A DNA stretch of 63,838 nucleotides, the filler included, from Octopus bimaculoides (taxonomy: Eukaryota), in NCBI RefSeq assembly GCF_001194135.2. It is 4 parts of 4 records of this genome, joined end to end, with 100 filler letters (N's around TTAATTAATTAA, not from the genome) between each part and the next. Parts side by side here need not be neighbours in the genome. Positions count along the whole stretch, not along the records: positions 48,471 to 60,612 come from NC_068993.1; positions 60,713 to 63,838 come from NC_068996.1; 2 more parts are not named here. One strand, 5' to 3'. Below are positions 49,412 through 61,200 of this stretch, one piece after another; positions within the stretch are counted from its first letter, which is position 1, and every line of letters starts with the position of its first letter. The notes below the pieces were generated by a model. The model ran no database searches, was not told the DNA's origin, and saw only the letters and a program-made list of their open reading frames with translations. Both the position numbers and the translations under genes were made by a program.

Positions 49412-52059
49412 CTCTATAATAATGACTTTAATGCCAGGCTAAGTAAAGTGTTGTAATGATTAGAATATTAAACTGCAAAACTATATTCTTCATATTCCAT
49501 GAAAGAAAACCAATATCATTCCATAATTTTTTCACAACTAATGGAGTTGCTGTCGTCGACCCCAATCAGTACTTTATCTTATATATTCTGAAAGGATGAA
49601 AAGCAAAGTTGACCTCAGCAAGATTTGAATCAGAACTTAGAGCCAAAAGAACTGCTACATGACAAGGCATTTTTACTGATCTTAATGATTCTGCCAGTTT
49701 GTCTCCTTAATTTGTTTAATGCTAAAATGAAAATGTAATGGATTCTGTTGTATACTAATCAGTTATTATTTGATTGGTTTCTGGAATTAAACTATGATCA
49801 CCATTTTCAAAATTTTAATTTAGAACTTCTCAAACTTTTTGGTCTCATTGACCACTTCCAAGTGAAAAAATTTTCCACCGCTCGCTTGCATAGTAAATAT
49901 TCAAAAGGATACAAAACACAATTGTTAACAAATCAATAAAACTAAGCAGATTTTGTATTACAAAATTCTTTACTAAAAGTAATATGATGGACTCACAAGT
50001 CCATCCTTCACATTTCTTTCAAAAGGCCTCATCTTCCCTTGTTCTCTTTGGATATATGTACCATATACTTACCTAAAGAGAGTATAGTACATACATATGC
50101 ACATATACAAAAATATTTCCTCGTTTCTCTATGTATTTATATTATATGTAATAATAGCATTCTGCTTGATATATTAATAATATAAAATGTTTCTGTGAAT
50201 GGCAAAATCAGCAGATTTAGTTATTCATTGTTATGTTCTGGTTTAAAATCCTCACTAAGTCAATTTTGCTTGTAACCCTCCTAAATATTAAATTATGTAC
50301 CTGTAAAGTACTAGGGTCAGTACAATAGACTGTACACACCCACAAAATATCTGACCTTGTAACTATATTAAGAAATCATTTGTATTGAGGAGCAGTGGAA
50401 AACTTATTACCTGTACAGGAGAAGCAACTCATACTATAGATAAAAAAATAGTGGGCACTGATGTGGATAAATCAAAAGTGACCAGCATTTGTCAACATAC
50501 TCTAGAATAACATAACAAATTGATAGGTAGCTCATTAAAAGCATCCAGCACACTCTGTAAAGTGGTTGGCATTAGGAAGGGCATCCAACTACAGAAACCT
50601 TGGCACAAGAGACAGTTGGAGTCTAGACTGCTCCCTGGTAGCCACCTCCATATCAAACTGTCCAACCCATGCCAGAATGGAAAGCACACATTAAGCAATG
50701 ATAATAAATGTCAGGATCGAAATTCTGCCTATACACCCACATAATTTTATTTCAACATATTATTAAATTATTAAATCAATTTATAGGACTGAATATAGTG
50801 ACAATCTTAATGAGGGGGAAAAAATGAGTAAGATAAAAGTACTCCAATCAGAGAGAATACAAATATCAATCACAGAAAATGATATATAATTTACCCCCAC
50901 ATCTGAAATTTCAATGAACATAAAATATATATACTTTACCCCTCTTCAAAGATAATATAATGACCCAATGGGCATAATATAATTTAATGATATAATTTAT
51001 GCCTGCCTGTAGCAATAGGATAAATATAAAGACTGACATTAATAATGATTTTATATATATATATATATGAGTGATAAATACTCAATTTCCTTCATCAATA
51101 CGATATTCCAGTAGTAAATTCGACCATGCTAGCAAACTGTGCATGCATGAACGAGTGAACATTCTACATCGACACAAACCTGAAAGCATAACCGAATCTA
51201 CCTCGGCCAGCCAGTCCACTATCCTTCCTTCAAGAAATTACCATGTGCGTGACAAGCAATACCGCAGAGAATCTGCGTTTACTAACAGGGAGTGAATAAT
51301 TATTACAAATTAAAAGGGTAAAGGTTTATCAATTTATTAATTTATTAATAAATCAACAATTAATAATTTTTACCAAGCCCTTCGGTATGTAAGCACCATT
51401 ATCGGTGGAGAACTTATTTAAAAGTTCATATACATTTATAAACATAATTAAGGGATCAGCAAATATTTGCTTCACCACATACCGAAGTTCAGAAATAGCA
51501 GCTAAAAAAGCTGAGACTCCAACAGATAGCATATATATATATATATATATATTGTATATAAAATGTCATAAGACTTTAGAAGCTTCAAGGACATCATGAT
51601 TGATATGACAGAAGATAAACTGACACTGGTACCCACACTTGCACCTAATTTCACAACTTATCTCCTGATGGTAGTAATATGAAATTCAGTGAAGTTGACA
51701 GAAGAAAAGATTTTCATATATATAATGAAAACACGCACTCACACATACATTTAGATTCACACGCATACCACCACAGCCACACATGAACATAACAATAAAC
51801 ATATACTCGAATATGAATATACATACATATACTTAAACTTCCAACCAATATATAATCCCCACCTAAAAAAAACCAAAAAAAACATAGTTGCAGAGAAACC
51901 ATTGAAAAGGCTACAGATGTGTAATGAAAGATTTACGAATCAATCAATGAAGAACTGAACTACAACTAGTGTATATGTTTTATATTGGCAGAATGATCTA
52001 TCCAAAATACAGCTATAACAAAGTATTGGAAGAGTTGTTCGAGCTGAGACAAAATGCAA

Positions 52060-52198
52060 TGTGGCATTTCTTTTTGCTCTTTACTGTCTAAGTTCAAATC
52101 CCATCAGTTTAGCTTTTCATCCAGTTTAGTGCTGGGGGTTGATGAAATCAGCTAATCCCCATCTCCTCCCCTAAAAACATTGCTAGCCTTGTACCAAA

Positions 52199-52237
<39 letters not shown>

Positions 52238-52451
52238 AAGGTGGTGAGCTGGCAGAATCATTAGCACACTGGGAAAAATGCTTAGTAGTATTTTGTCTGT
52301 TGCTACATTCCAAGTTCAAATTCTGCTAAGGTTGACTTTGCCTTTCATCCTTTCGGGGTTGATAAATTAAGTACCAGTTGAACACTGGGGTCGACGTAAT
52401 CAACTCATCCCCTACCCCAAAATTGCTGCCCTTGTGGCAAAATTTGAAACA

Positions 52452-52489
<38 letters not shown>

Positions 52490-52742
52490 TGCAGCGAGCT
52501 GGCAGAATCATTAGCACGCCAAACAAAATGTTTAGCAACATTTCATCTGTCTTTACATTCTTAGTTCAAATCCCATCAAGGTCAACTTTGCTTTTCATCC
52601 TTTTGGGGTCAATAAATTAAGTACCAGTTGAACACTGGGGTCATCTTCTTTCCCAAAACTGCTGCTCTTGTGACAAAATTTGGAACCATTATTATTATTA
52701 TTTTATTCTTTTACATGTTTCAGCCCTAAGGCATGACCATGC

Positions 52743-52779
<37 letters not shown>

Positions 52780-53260
52780 ATAAAGGCAGTGAGCTGGCAG
52801 AGTTGTTAGTATGCCGGTCAAAATGCTTAGTGGTATTTTATCTGTTGTTACGTTCTGAGTTCAAATTCTACTGAGGATGATTTTATCTTTCATCCTTTAG
52901 GGATCGATAAATTAAGTTAGGGTTAGGGTTAGGGTTAGACCAGTGAAACATTGAGGTTGATGTAATTGACTAGTCCTTCTCCCCCAAATTTCAGGCTGTG
53001 TGCCTATAATAGAAAGGATTATTATTATAAAGTTGGTGGGCCAGCGGAATCATTAGCATGCCAGAGAACATGCTTAATGGCTTTTTTCTGGTTTTACATT
53101 CTGAGCTCAAATTCCTCCAAGATTGACTTGGCCTTTCATCCTTTTGGGGTTGATAAAATAAGTTCCAGTTGAGCACTAGGGTCAATAGAATAAGTACTAA
53201 TTGAACACTGGGGTTGATGTAATCAACTAGCCCCTTGCCTAAAACTTCAGGTATTGTCTA
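52060..53260 (+). mobile_element. Cluster of about five tandem SINE family B copies, three of them separated by (TTA)n
   Basis: GAGCTGGCAGA...CTTTCATCCTTT.GGGGT units start at about 52060, 52240, 52495, 52785 and 53030, with (TTA)n runs between several of them. Confidence 0.85.
52917..52938 (+). repeat. Short perfect interstitial telomeric sequence, (TTAGGG)3TTAG
   Basis: Interrupts the SINE motif ATTAAGT|ACCAGT, which is intact in neighbouring copies at about 52370 and 52620. Confidence 0.9.
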
Positions 53261-53395
53261 TATTATATATATGAGGATTATTACATTAATGCTCATAAAT
53301 CATTATTCATTATCAACCCTAACCATTCCAATTTTCTAATCCTGCTCCAACAAAAAAACTTGATTTCACGTGATAATTATTTTGTTTTTGTTTAG

Positions 53396-53507
53396 ATAAC
53401 TGCAGTGGTATCCAAATCTTTTGAGAAGGCCAAGAAATTTGCTGACAAATTTAAAATTCCAAATGTGTATGACAGCTATGAAGAATTTGCCAAAGATCCC
53501 AACATAG
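53396..53507 (+). CDS. DHDH: DHDH-family dehydrogenase, exon equivalent to vertebrate exon 2 (112 bp)
   Basis: TTTAG|ITAVVSKSFEKAKKFADKFKIPNVYDSYEEFAKDPNI|GTATGA, aligning to human [37 protein letters not shown]. Confidence 0.92.
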
Positions 53508-54110
53508 GTATGACATAATTTTAATTATTAAAATCCTACTGAAAATTTTCCAAGTTAAATGCTCAGTCTTGTAATGAAAACACCTAAAAATGAGTTTGTT
53601 TATTCAAATGTTTATTGTGCGAGTTGTTATTATTGCAACCAAGCTAAATCAAACTGGAGCTGGTACAGTTCTCCAGCTTGTTGGTCCCAGTCAAACCGTC
53701 TAACCCATACCAGAGAATGGAAAATGGACACTAAATGATAAGTTATTTATGCTAAAAATAAGGTCGTGCATGTGTGGTTGTTAATTAATTGCATAATAAT
53801 AATATTTAAAAAATCCTGAACGATGATGATAAGGAAGATGTTAGTAATAAAACAGATGTAAATAGTAACAGACATCTCAGGCCATGAAAACTGGTGAGCG
53901 ATGGTGACAGGAAAGGCATCCAGCTGTAGAAAATCTGTCTCAACAAAGCCCATCTGCCTCATGTAGTAGGCATAAATGATGATAATGATATACATATCAT
54001 CCACAGAGATAGGTGTCTTGTTTTTAGACCCACTACTTATCACACTTGAATGAGATAAATAAATTACTTTCATACTAAAACCAAGTAATTATATTTCATT
54101 TTTCTCACAG

Positions 54111-54274
54111 ATTTGGTATACATTTCAACTATCAACAGTTACCATCATCCTCTCAGCATTCTTATGCTTAACAATGGCAAACCTGTGCTGTGTGAGAAAA
54201 CCTGTGGAATTACCACAAAGGATACAGAAGACATGCTTCAACTTGCAAAGTCACAGAACCTATTTTTCATGGAG
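54111..54274 (+). CDS. DHDH: DHDH-family exon (164 bp)
   Basis: CACAG|(D)LVYISTINSYH...GKPVLCEKTCG...LFFME|GTATGT, phase-compatible with its neighbours. Confidence 0.95.
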
Positions 54275-55423
54275 GTATGTCTTTTAATATTGAATTGGTG
54301 TATGTTTGTATGCTGTCATTGGTGATGTTTCATTAGATCATCATCATAACAGGTCCATGACCAGAATCTTTCCACCCAATATTTTTCAAAGGTGTTGTTT
54401 CTACAACTACATTTGATGTCATTCTCTAATTTCTTTTTCCTGATATTTTTATCTCATGTTGTTCTTCACTTTATTTTTTCTAGATTGTAGGATGTAAGTG
54501 GGAGTGATTTAGCTCCTATTTCAAGCTAACCCAGTTACTGTATAGAGGCTCTCTAATTGGTATACCATCGTGTTGGATGTTGAAGTAAAGTATAGTCTTT
54601 GGAATAGGACTTTTCATCAAAGAAGAAGTTTAGAGATATAATTTTTTTTTACAGAGAATCCACTCTGTAAACTGGTTGACATTAGGAAGGGTGTCTAGCC
54701 ATAAAAACCATGCCAAAATGGAAAGTGGAGCTTGGTGCAGTCCTCTGGCTTGCCAGCTCTTGTTAAACCATCCTGGCTATACCAGCATGGAGGACAGATG
54801 TTAAATAATGATGTGGAGGAGGAGGAGAAGAAAGACTGGACAGTGTGGAAGATAACTACAAGAGAGGATAATATTAGAAGGCTATACTTCATATTTTATA
54901 AGTAATGGTGCAGAAATGAGAGCAGTAGAAAACTGATCGTCACAAGAGGCAGAATGGAAGCAAGTGTATGAAAATGAAAACAAAATTTATATAAGGGATC
55001 AATTTTCAGCCTTAGTAGAATGGTGATACACTGATTTGGATTTGAAGCAATAAATGAAGGTGGTAATGATATTATTCTTTGTACCATGAGATGAAGTAGA
55101 ATGATATATTTAATGAGTTAATTTATCTGAAAAATCGATGTGTTGAAAGAAATGCTGTACAGTGGATCTGATAAATATAAAGGTGAAGAAGATAGTTGCA
55201 AAATATTGATTATCACAATACAGAATAACATAAAGAAAAGTAACAGAAGTAAAATGGTTTTATAAAATTTTTCATCCTCCATTTATTTCTATATTTATCA
55301 TATCTTTTTCCCATCATTTACTTATATATTTACTTTCATTCCTTTCTTTTCAGCCTTAATTTTCTCATCCTTAATCTTTGTTTTTTCATTTTTATCTTTC
55401 TTGTAAATGTTTTTTTCTTTCAG

Positions 55424-55673
55424 GCCTTGTGGTCCAACTTCTTCCCAGCCTATGCAGCCATTCGACAAGAAATTGAGTCTGGAGCCATAGGAAAGATACG
55501 CTACTTAGATGTAGAATTTTTTGTTGACATATTTTCAAAGTCACGTATTTCTGAGCACTCTTTGGGTAGTGGTGGTCTATTGGATATTGGTGTATATACA
55601 ATATGGCTTGCAAACTTCATATTCAGACAAAAACCTGAGACAATTACAGCTGTTGGAACAATTGCTGATACAG
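55424..55673 (+). CDS. DHDH: DHDH-family exon (250 bp)
   Basis: TTTCAG|ALWSNFFPAY...GGLLDIGVYT...QKPETI..ADT|GTAAGT. It contains the catalytic LDxGxY motif. Confidence 0.95.
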
Positions 55674-56289
55674 GTAAGTATCTCATTAATGAAGGTTTCA
55701 TATAGCTTGCATACCTCTTTTAGGGATTTTGAAACTTTTTCTGACATAGTTCTATTTTCTTTAATTTTGTCTATCTCCTTACTCAATTATGATAATGGTT
55801 TTGCATGGGTAGAGGCTTAGAAAAATAAATCTATGTCTATATAACTCACACACATAATTGAGTGAATAAGTATAATTAAAAGAATTATAAGTTACTATTT
55901 GCTATCTTCATAAAATCAACAGATAATATAAGCTAGTGTCCAAGGAATCTTTTCCAGTTGAGTTTCCAATGCTGGATACGCATGATCTTTTGCTCTTAAA
56001 GTCCTATACTGCAATGAAGAGGTCTGCACCTGTTACCAGTCATAAACCAAACCTTCTAAGACAGTTGCACAAAGAGGGTTTATATTTTTATTATTTATTT
56101 TTTAANNNNNNNNNNNNNNNNNNNNNNNNNNNNNNNNNNNNNNNNNNNNNNNNNNNNNNNNNNNNNNNNNNNNNNNNNNNNNNNNNNNNNNNNNNNNNNN
56201 NNNNNNNNNNNNNNNNNNNNNNNNNNNNNNNNNNNNNNNNNNNNNNNNNNNNNNNNNNNNNNNNNNNNNNNNGGGGGGGGGGGTAAAAA

Positions 56290-56590
56290 CCAATATCACA
56301 GCTGTGGCCAGTGCCCCCTGACTGGCTCCAGTGCCAGTGGCGCGTAAAAAGCACCATCCAAATGTGATCGATGCCAGGCCCACCTGACTGGCTCCTGTGC
56401 TGGTGGCATGTAAAAAGCACCTACTACACTCTCAGAGTGGTTGGCATTAGGAAGGGCATCCAGCTGTAGAAACATTCCCAGATCAGATTGGAGCCTGGTG
56501 CAGCCACTGGCTCTCCAAACCTCAGCCAAGCTATCCAACCCATGCCAGCATGGAAAACGGACGTTAAACAGTGGTGGTGGTGGTGGTGGT
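56290..56590 (+). mobile_element. SINE family C copy in a DHDH intron
   Basis: Contains GTAAAAAGCACCTACTACACTCTCAGAGTGGTTGGCATTAGGAAGGGCATCC...ACGTTAAAC. Confidence 0.8.
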
Positions 56591-57856
56591 GGTAGGGGGG
56601 TCAGTCCTCAAATTGGTCTCAGAATCTGACACTTCATTCCTAGAAGCAGAACTACTGAGGTATACAAACGAATCCACTATATCAACTCTGGATTCTTAAA
56701 CAAGTATGTTTGATTCTGCACACAGCTTACCTAGAGTATGTTTAAACATTGACTTTGATTTTTTCAGGCTTATCATAAATCCAGTTGTAGCATTAGCACT
56801 GGAGAATATTTTCATTATTTTTTTTTTCAATCCGTTATGCTGGTCTCTCTTGTTCAATTGATAGATAGAACATCTGGCTAAGAGATGAAAAGACACCAAA
56901 ACAAAACACCTGTTGCTCTGTGGGTAGCTTGGGTTGATTAAGGGTAGAAGACTAGTAAAAAGAACTCATAGTGGATATTTCCACCTTTCACCTTGATTCT
57001 TTTTTCTTATCACTAAGTGCTGGTAGCTGATACTTGTGACTAGTTTCCAAGTGAAGTAATATTTCCCCATATCCAGATATTCTTTTCACAGAAGACTGGA
57101 GTTGAGCAATATCACTTGTATGCTCATTTACAACCATCATGTGATGTCAGAACAAAGGTACACACACACATGCACGACCTCCGAACATTAGGCCTCACCG
57201 AGGCAATGACTTCTGACCGAGACCTTTGAAAATATGCTGTGCGTGAGAAGACCCAGCAAGCCAAGTGAGACCAAAATCCAAGGCCTCTGCCAGGGATGTA
57301 GCCAGCCCACTTACGCATACTTTTCCTTCATTGGACACTAATCTCCGCTTGCAAAGACCTGTTGAGGCAAGTGAAATCAAAATCGAAATCGAACTAAATT
57401 CGACGACTGGCCCCAATGCCAACGTCTCCTTCATTAGACACTAAACTTGGCTTGCNNNNNNNNNNNNNNNNNNNNNNNNNNNNNNNNNNNNNNNNNNNNN
57501 NNNNNNNNNNNNNNNNNNNNNNNNNNNNNNNNNNNNNNNNNNNNNNNNNNNNNNNNNNNNNNNNNNNNNNNNNNNNNNNNNNNNNNNNNNNNNNNNNNNN
57601 NNNNNNNNNNNNNNNNNNNNNNNNNNNNNNNNNNNNNNNNNNNNNNNNNNNNNNNNNNNNNNNNNNNNNNNNNNNNNNNNNNNNNNNNNNNNNNNNNNNN
57701 NNNNNNNNNNNNNNNNNNNNNNNNNNNNNNNNNNNNNNNNNNNNNNNNNNNNNNNNNNNNNNNNNNNNNNNNNNNNNNNNNNNNNNNNNNNNNNNNNNNN
57801 NNNNNNNNNNNNNNNNNNNNNNNNNNNNNNNNNNNNNNNNNNNNNNNNNNNNNNNN

Positions 57857-57932
<76 letters not shown>

Positions 57933-58323
57933 GGTTGTAGTGTTTCTTTATGTTACATTACTTAGCAGTTTAACATTAGATATTAGTAAAACATAATAAA
58001 CTGAAGTACTGGGGTTTCTTCTTGGTGAAACTTCCCCTCCTATATGTCTCAAATATTAAAATCATACTTTATTTGACAGTACACTAACAGGCACACCGGT
58101 TTGTAGATCAAAGCTTGAATGTGTTGAACATTACAAATGGAATATAAAGGACTGGGACATCTAATGGAGGGCTGTCATATTGCTGGTCCATGCAAATGTG
58201 GAAAAAATATGATGATGATGTCAATATTCATTATAAACTCTAGGATGTAATGATTTGTATGTCATAGTTGCATTTATGTGTAATAATGAAAAATAAGAAA
58301 TGATGTTGTTTCATTTGGAAAAG

Positions 58324-58448
58324 GTGCCGACCAGTCTGCCAATATTATTCTGACTTATAAGGACAGTGCCAGAGCCTCTTTGTCCTATGATACTACTTTG
58401 AATGGAAGAACTAACGCATATATCTATGGAACTAAAGGCAAAATTTAT
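58324..58448 (+). CDS. DHDH: DHDH-family exon (125 bp)
   Basis: (G)ADQSANIILTY...IYGTKGKIY|GTAAGT. The acceptor is a weak, purine-rich TTGGAAAAG. Confidence 0.9.
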
Positions 58449-58666
58449 GTAAGTAATCATTTCGTTTAAAGATAAATATATTTGAAAATTAAATTCATAA
58501 TTACTTAATCTGAAATTTAAATTTAATCAATATTTCTATTTAGAATTTATGATATGCCATTTATTGATTAATCTATTGTACCAGCTCCAACAGTTATAAC
58601 ATAAATAGTCAAGAAAATTAAACTATACTACCTTTATGTATTTGCTGCATGTTCCTATTTTAACAG

Positions 58667-58817
58667 ATACATCCACCGTTTTGGAGTACCACCAAAATTG
58701 AGGTAAATGGAGAAGAAAGAGAATTTCCACTTCCCAAATCTGAAGCACAGTATAATTACCTCAATAGCAGTGGGTTATCTTATCAGGCCGAATGTGTCCG
58801 CCAATGTTTAGAGAAGG
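58667..58817 (+). CDS. DHDH: DHDH-family exon (151 bp)
   Basis: AACAG|IHPPFWSTT...EFPLP...NSSGLSYQAECVRQCLEK|GTAAGC, aligning to human PCWCPT...EFPLP...GMSYEAKHVWECLRKG. Confidence 0.93.
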
Positions 58818-59229
58818 GTAAGCCTTTGAAAACTTATATCATCTTTATAATAAGAATGCTTCCATGTAACTGGATTACTGTTATCTTATATTTTGATAGC
58901 TGCTGAGGCCACTACCACTACTACCACTGATATTATTACTGTGACTCCCATTCTGGTGCTTCTCATGTTACTGATATTACTACTTTTAATACTTACATGG
59001 GATGTATGTAGATGTACATAGTGATGCAAAACTGTTGTTGCTATATTGTTCCTTATTATTAGCTGTCATGAACAGATCCAGTGTGATGTCATCCTTCATT
59101 ACACAGGTTGGAAGATAGGAGGGAGGGTGGCTTTAGCTGCTATTTCTAGAATCTGCTTTCTTATTGAAATAGAATATTAATCTTCATAGACACCGGCAGT
59201 CAATTCACTATAGTACTCTCTCATGGGAT

Positions 59230-59671
59230 ATGCTAATAGCATTGGTTATTACTCAATTGCCTGTCATCCATCATCGTGAAGTGAAGATGATCAACGTTTT
59301 CCTTGATGGAGGCAGTTGCAGGACATTCAGACCTTGTGTCATCTTCAAGACTCTCCCTTCCTCTCCTAAATTCAGCTGCCCACTTTTGCACTGTTGATAA
59401 AGCTGGAGCAACATCTCTTAATGTAGTAACCATGTCAGCATGAATGATGTTGGGGGCTAAACCCTTTTTCTGCAGGTAGTTAATAATATCACAATGCCAA
59501 ATTTTGCCCATTTTCAAGCGAAGTTGCTATCAGTTACTTTTGAACTCTTCTTTGAACAGTCAGATGTTAGTTTGTTTACCTGGAAAGTGTTCAAAATTAA
59601 TGCATACAAGATTTCACAGCTCTAGCATCATTCCTTCATAGTCAGCCTATGAACTTTTCAGCCCATCCTCA
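59230..59671 (-). mobile_element. Mariner (irritans-like) 5' fragment with TIR
   Basis: TA|TGAGGATGGGCTGAAAAGTTCATAGGCTGAC TIR, and the ORF IINYLQKKGLAP..IHADMV..LSTVQKWAAEFRRGRESLEDD. Confidence 0.85.
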
Positions 59672-59806
59672 TATTTCTATACATGTGTGTCTCCAGTGCC
59701 AAAGAGTACTGTTGCCAAAAACAGGATGAATTCTTAGTTAGCCTTGCTGAATAGTCTGTCTGAATAGCTGCACCCAGTTGTCTTAGCCCTGACACAAATA
59801 TATATA

Positions 59807-60028
59807 TCATCATTGTCGTTTAACGTCCGCTTTCCGTGCTAGCATGTGTTGGACGATTTGACTGAGGACTGGTGAAACCAGATGGCTACACCAGGCTCCA
59901 ATCTGATTTGGCAGAGTTTCTACAGCTGGATGCCCTTCCTAACGCCAACCACTCAGAGAGTGTAGTGGGTGCTTTTACGTGCCACCGGCACAAAGGCCAG
60001 TCAGGCAGTACTGGCAACGGCCAACACG
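59807..60028 (-). mobile_element. SINE family C, young copy
   Basis: Near-identical to 3284-3433 and extends further. Confidence 0.85.
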
Positions 60029-60414
60029 TGTATAAGGGATGGCCACTAGGTGGACATTCCAATATTCAGCAAAAATATGTTTGGTCATGAGGAAATATTT
60101 CATGGCAAGAAGTGAGGTTTGGTGACAGGAAGGGTATCTAACTTCAGAAAATTTGTCTCAATAAACTCTTCCCATATACCTAAAGAAATCAGAAATGTAA
60201 AAGGGACTTCTGCAGAAACATTAAAAAAAAACATTGGGTAAACTCCTGACAGTGATACCAGCCCAGCCAACCATTCAAGAATACACCCAAGGGAGATGAG
60301 CTGCTACAAACTGAACCATAGACCAACTTCTGGCCATAAAGTGGCAATAAAACTGTAAGAAAATAAATTAAGGCAATGCTCCAGCTGGGCCAGGGTCCAA
60401 CAACTGAAACCACT

Positions 60415-60612
60415 AAAAGAATAAAAGAAAGGAAAGAATAAAAGAAAGAATAAAAGAAAGGAAAGAATAAAAGAAAGAATAAAAGAAAGGAAAGAATAAA
60501 AGAAAGAATAAAAGAAAGGAAAGAATAAAAGAAAGGAAAGAATAAAAGAAAGGAAAGAATAAAAGAAAGGAAAGAATAAAAGAAAGGAAAGAATGAACGA
60601 AAGGAAAGAATA
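60415..60612. repeat. Purine minisatellite of alternating GAATAAAAGAAA / GAATAAAAGAAAGGAAA units
   Basis: About 200 bp of 12- and 17-bp units running into a scaffold join. Confidence 0.9.
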
Positions 60613-60656
60613 NNNNNNNNNNNNNNNNNNNNNNNNNNNNNNNNNNNNNNNNNNNN

Positions 60657-60668
60657 TTAATTAATTAA
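60657..60668. other. Artificial scaffold spacer
   Basis: 44N-TTAATTAATTAA-44N. Confidence 0.92.
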
Positions 60669-61159
60669 NNNNNNNNNNNNNNNNNNNNNNNNNNNNNNNN
60701 NNNNNNNNNNNNTCATCATCATCATCATCATCATCATCATTTAACGTCTATTTTCCACACCTGCATGGGTTGGAAGGTTTGACCAGAGTTGGTAAGGTCA
60801 GGGGTAGTACCAAGTTCCATTGTTCTGGCAAGGGTTCAACAGCTGAATGCCCTTTCCTAACACCAACCATGCCAACCACTCAACAGCGTGTGCCGAGTGC
60901 TTTTTATGTGGAGCTTCAGCGCGACACAGAGTGTGACAAGGCTGGCCCCTTGAAATACAGGTACTACTCAGTTTTGTCAGCTGAGTAAACTGAAACACCG
61001 TGAAATAAAGGGTCTTTGATAATTTTTGATATCTTGGCATCTGAAGCAGCTGGAGATATGATAGTTTGACCAAATGAACCGGCTATTGCAAGCAAAAATA
61101 GATATTGGAAAAACTGCATCTAGCCAAATTTGGACATACGACACTTAAACATAATAGCA

Positions 61160-61200
<41 letters not shown>

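Noticed and set aside
51375-51410. Hammerhead ribozyme in a possible Penelope-like remnant (CCGATAA-TGGT..ACC-GAAG on the - strand)
   Set aside because: Three departures from the CUGANGA/GAAA core and no clear stems I and III.
60415-60612. CRISPR-like or other repeat-spacer array
   Set aside because: No unique spacers; it is a simple purine minisatellite. No CRISPR array or cas gene was seen anywhere in the window.
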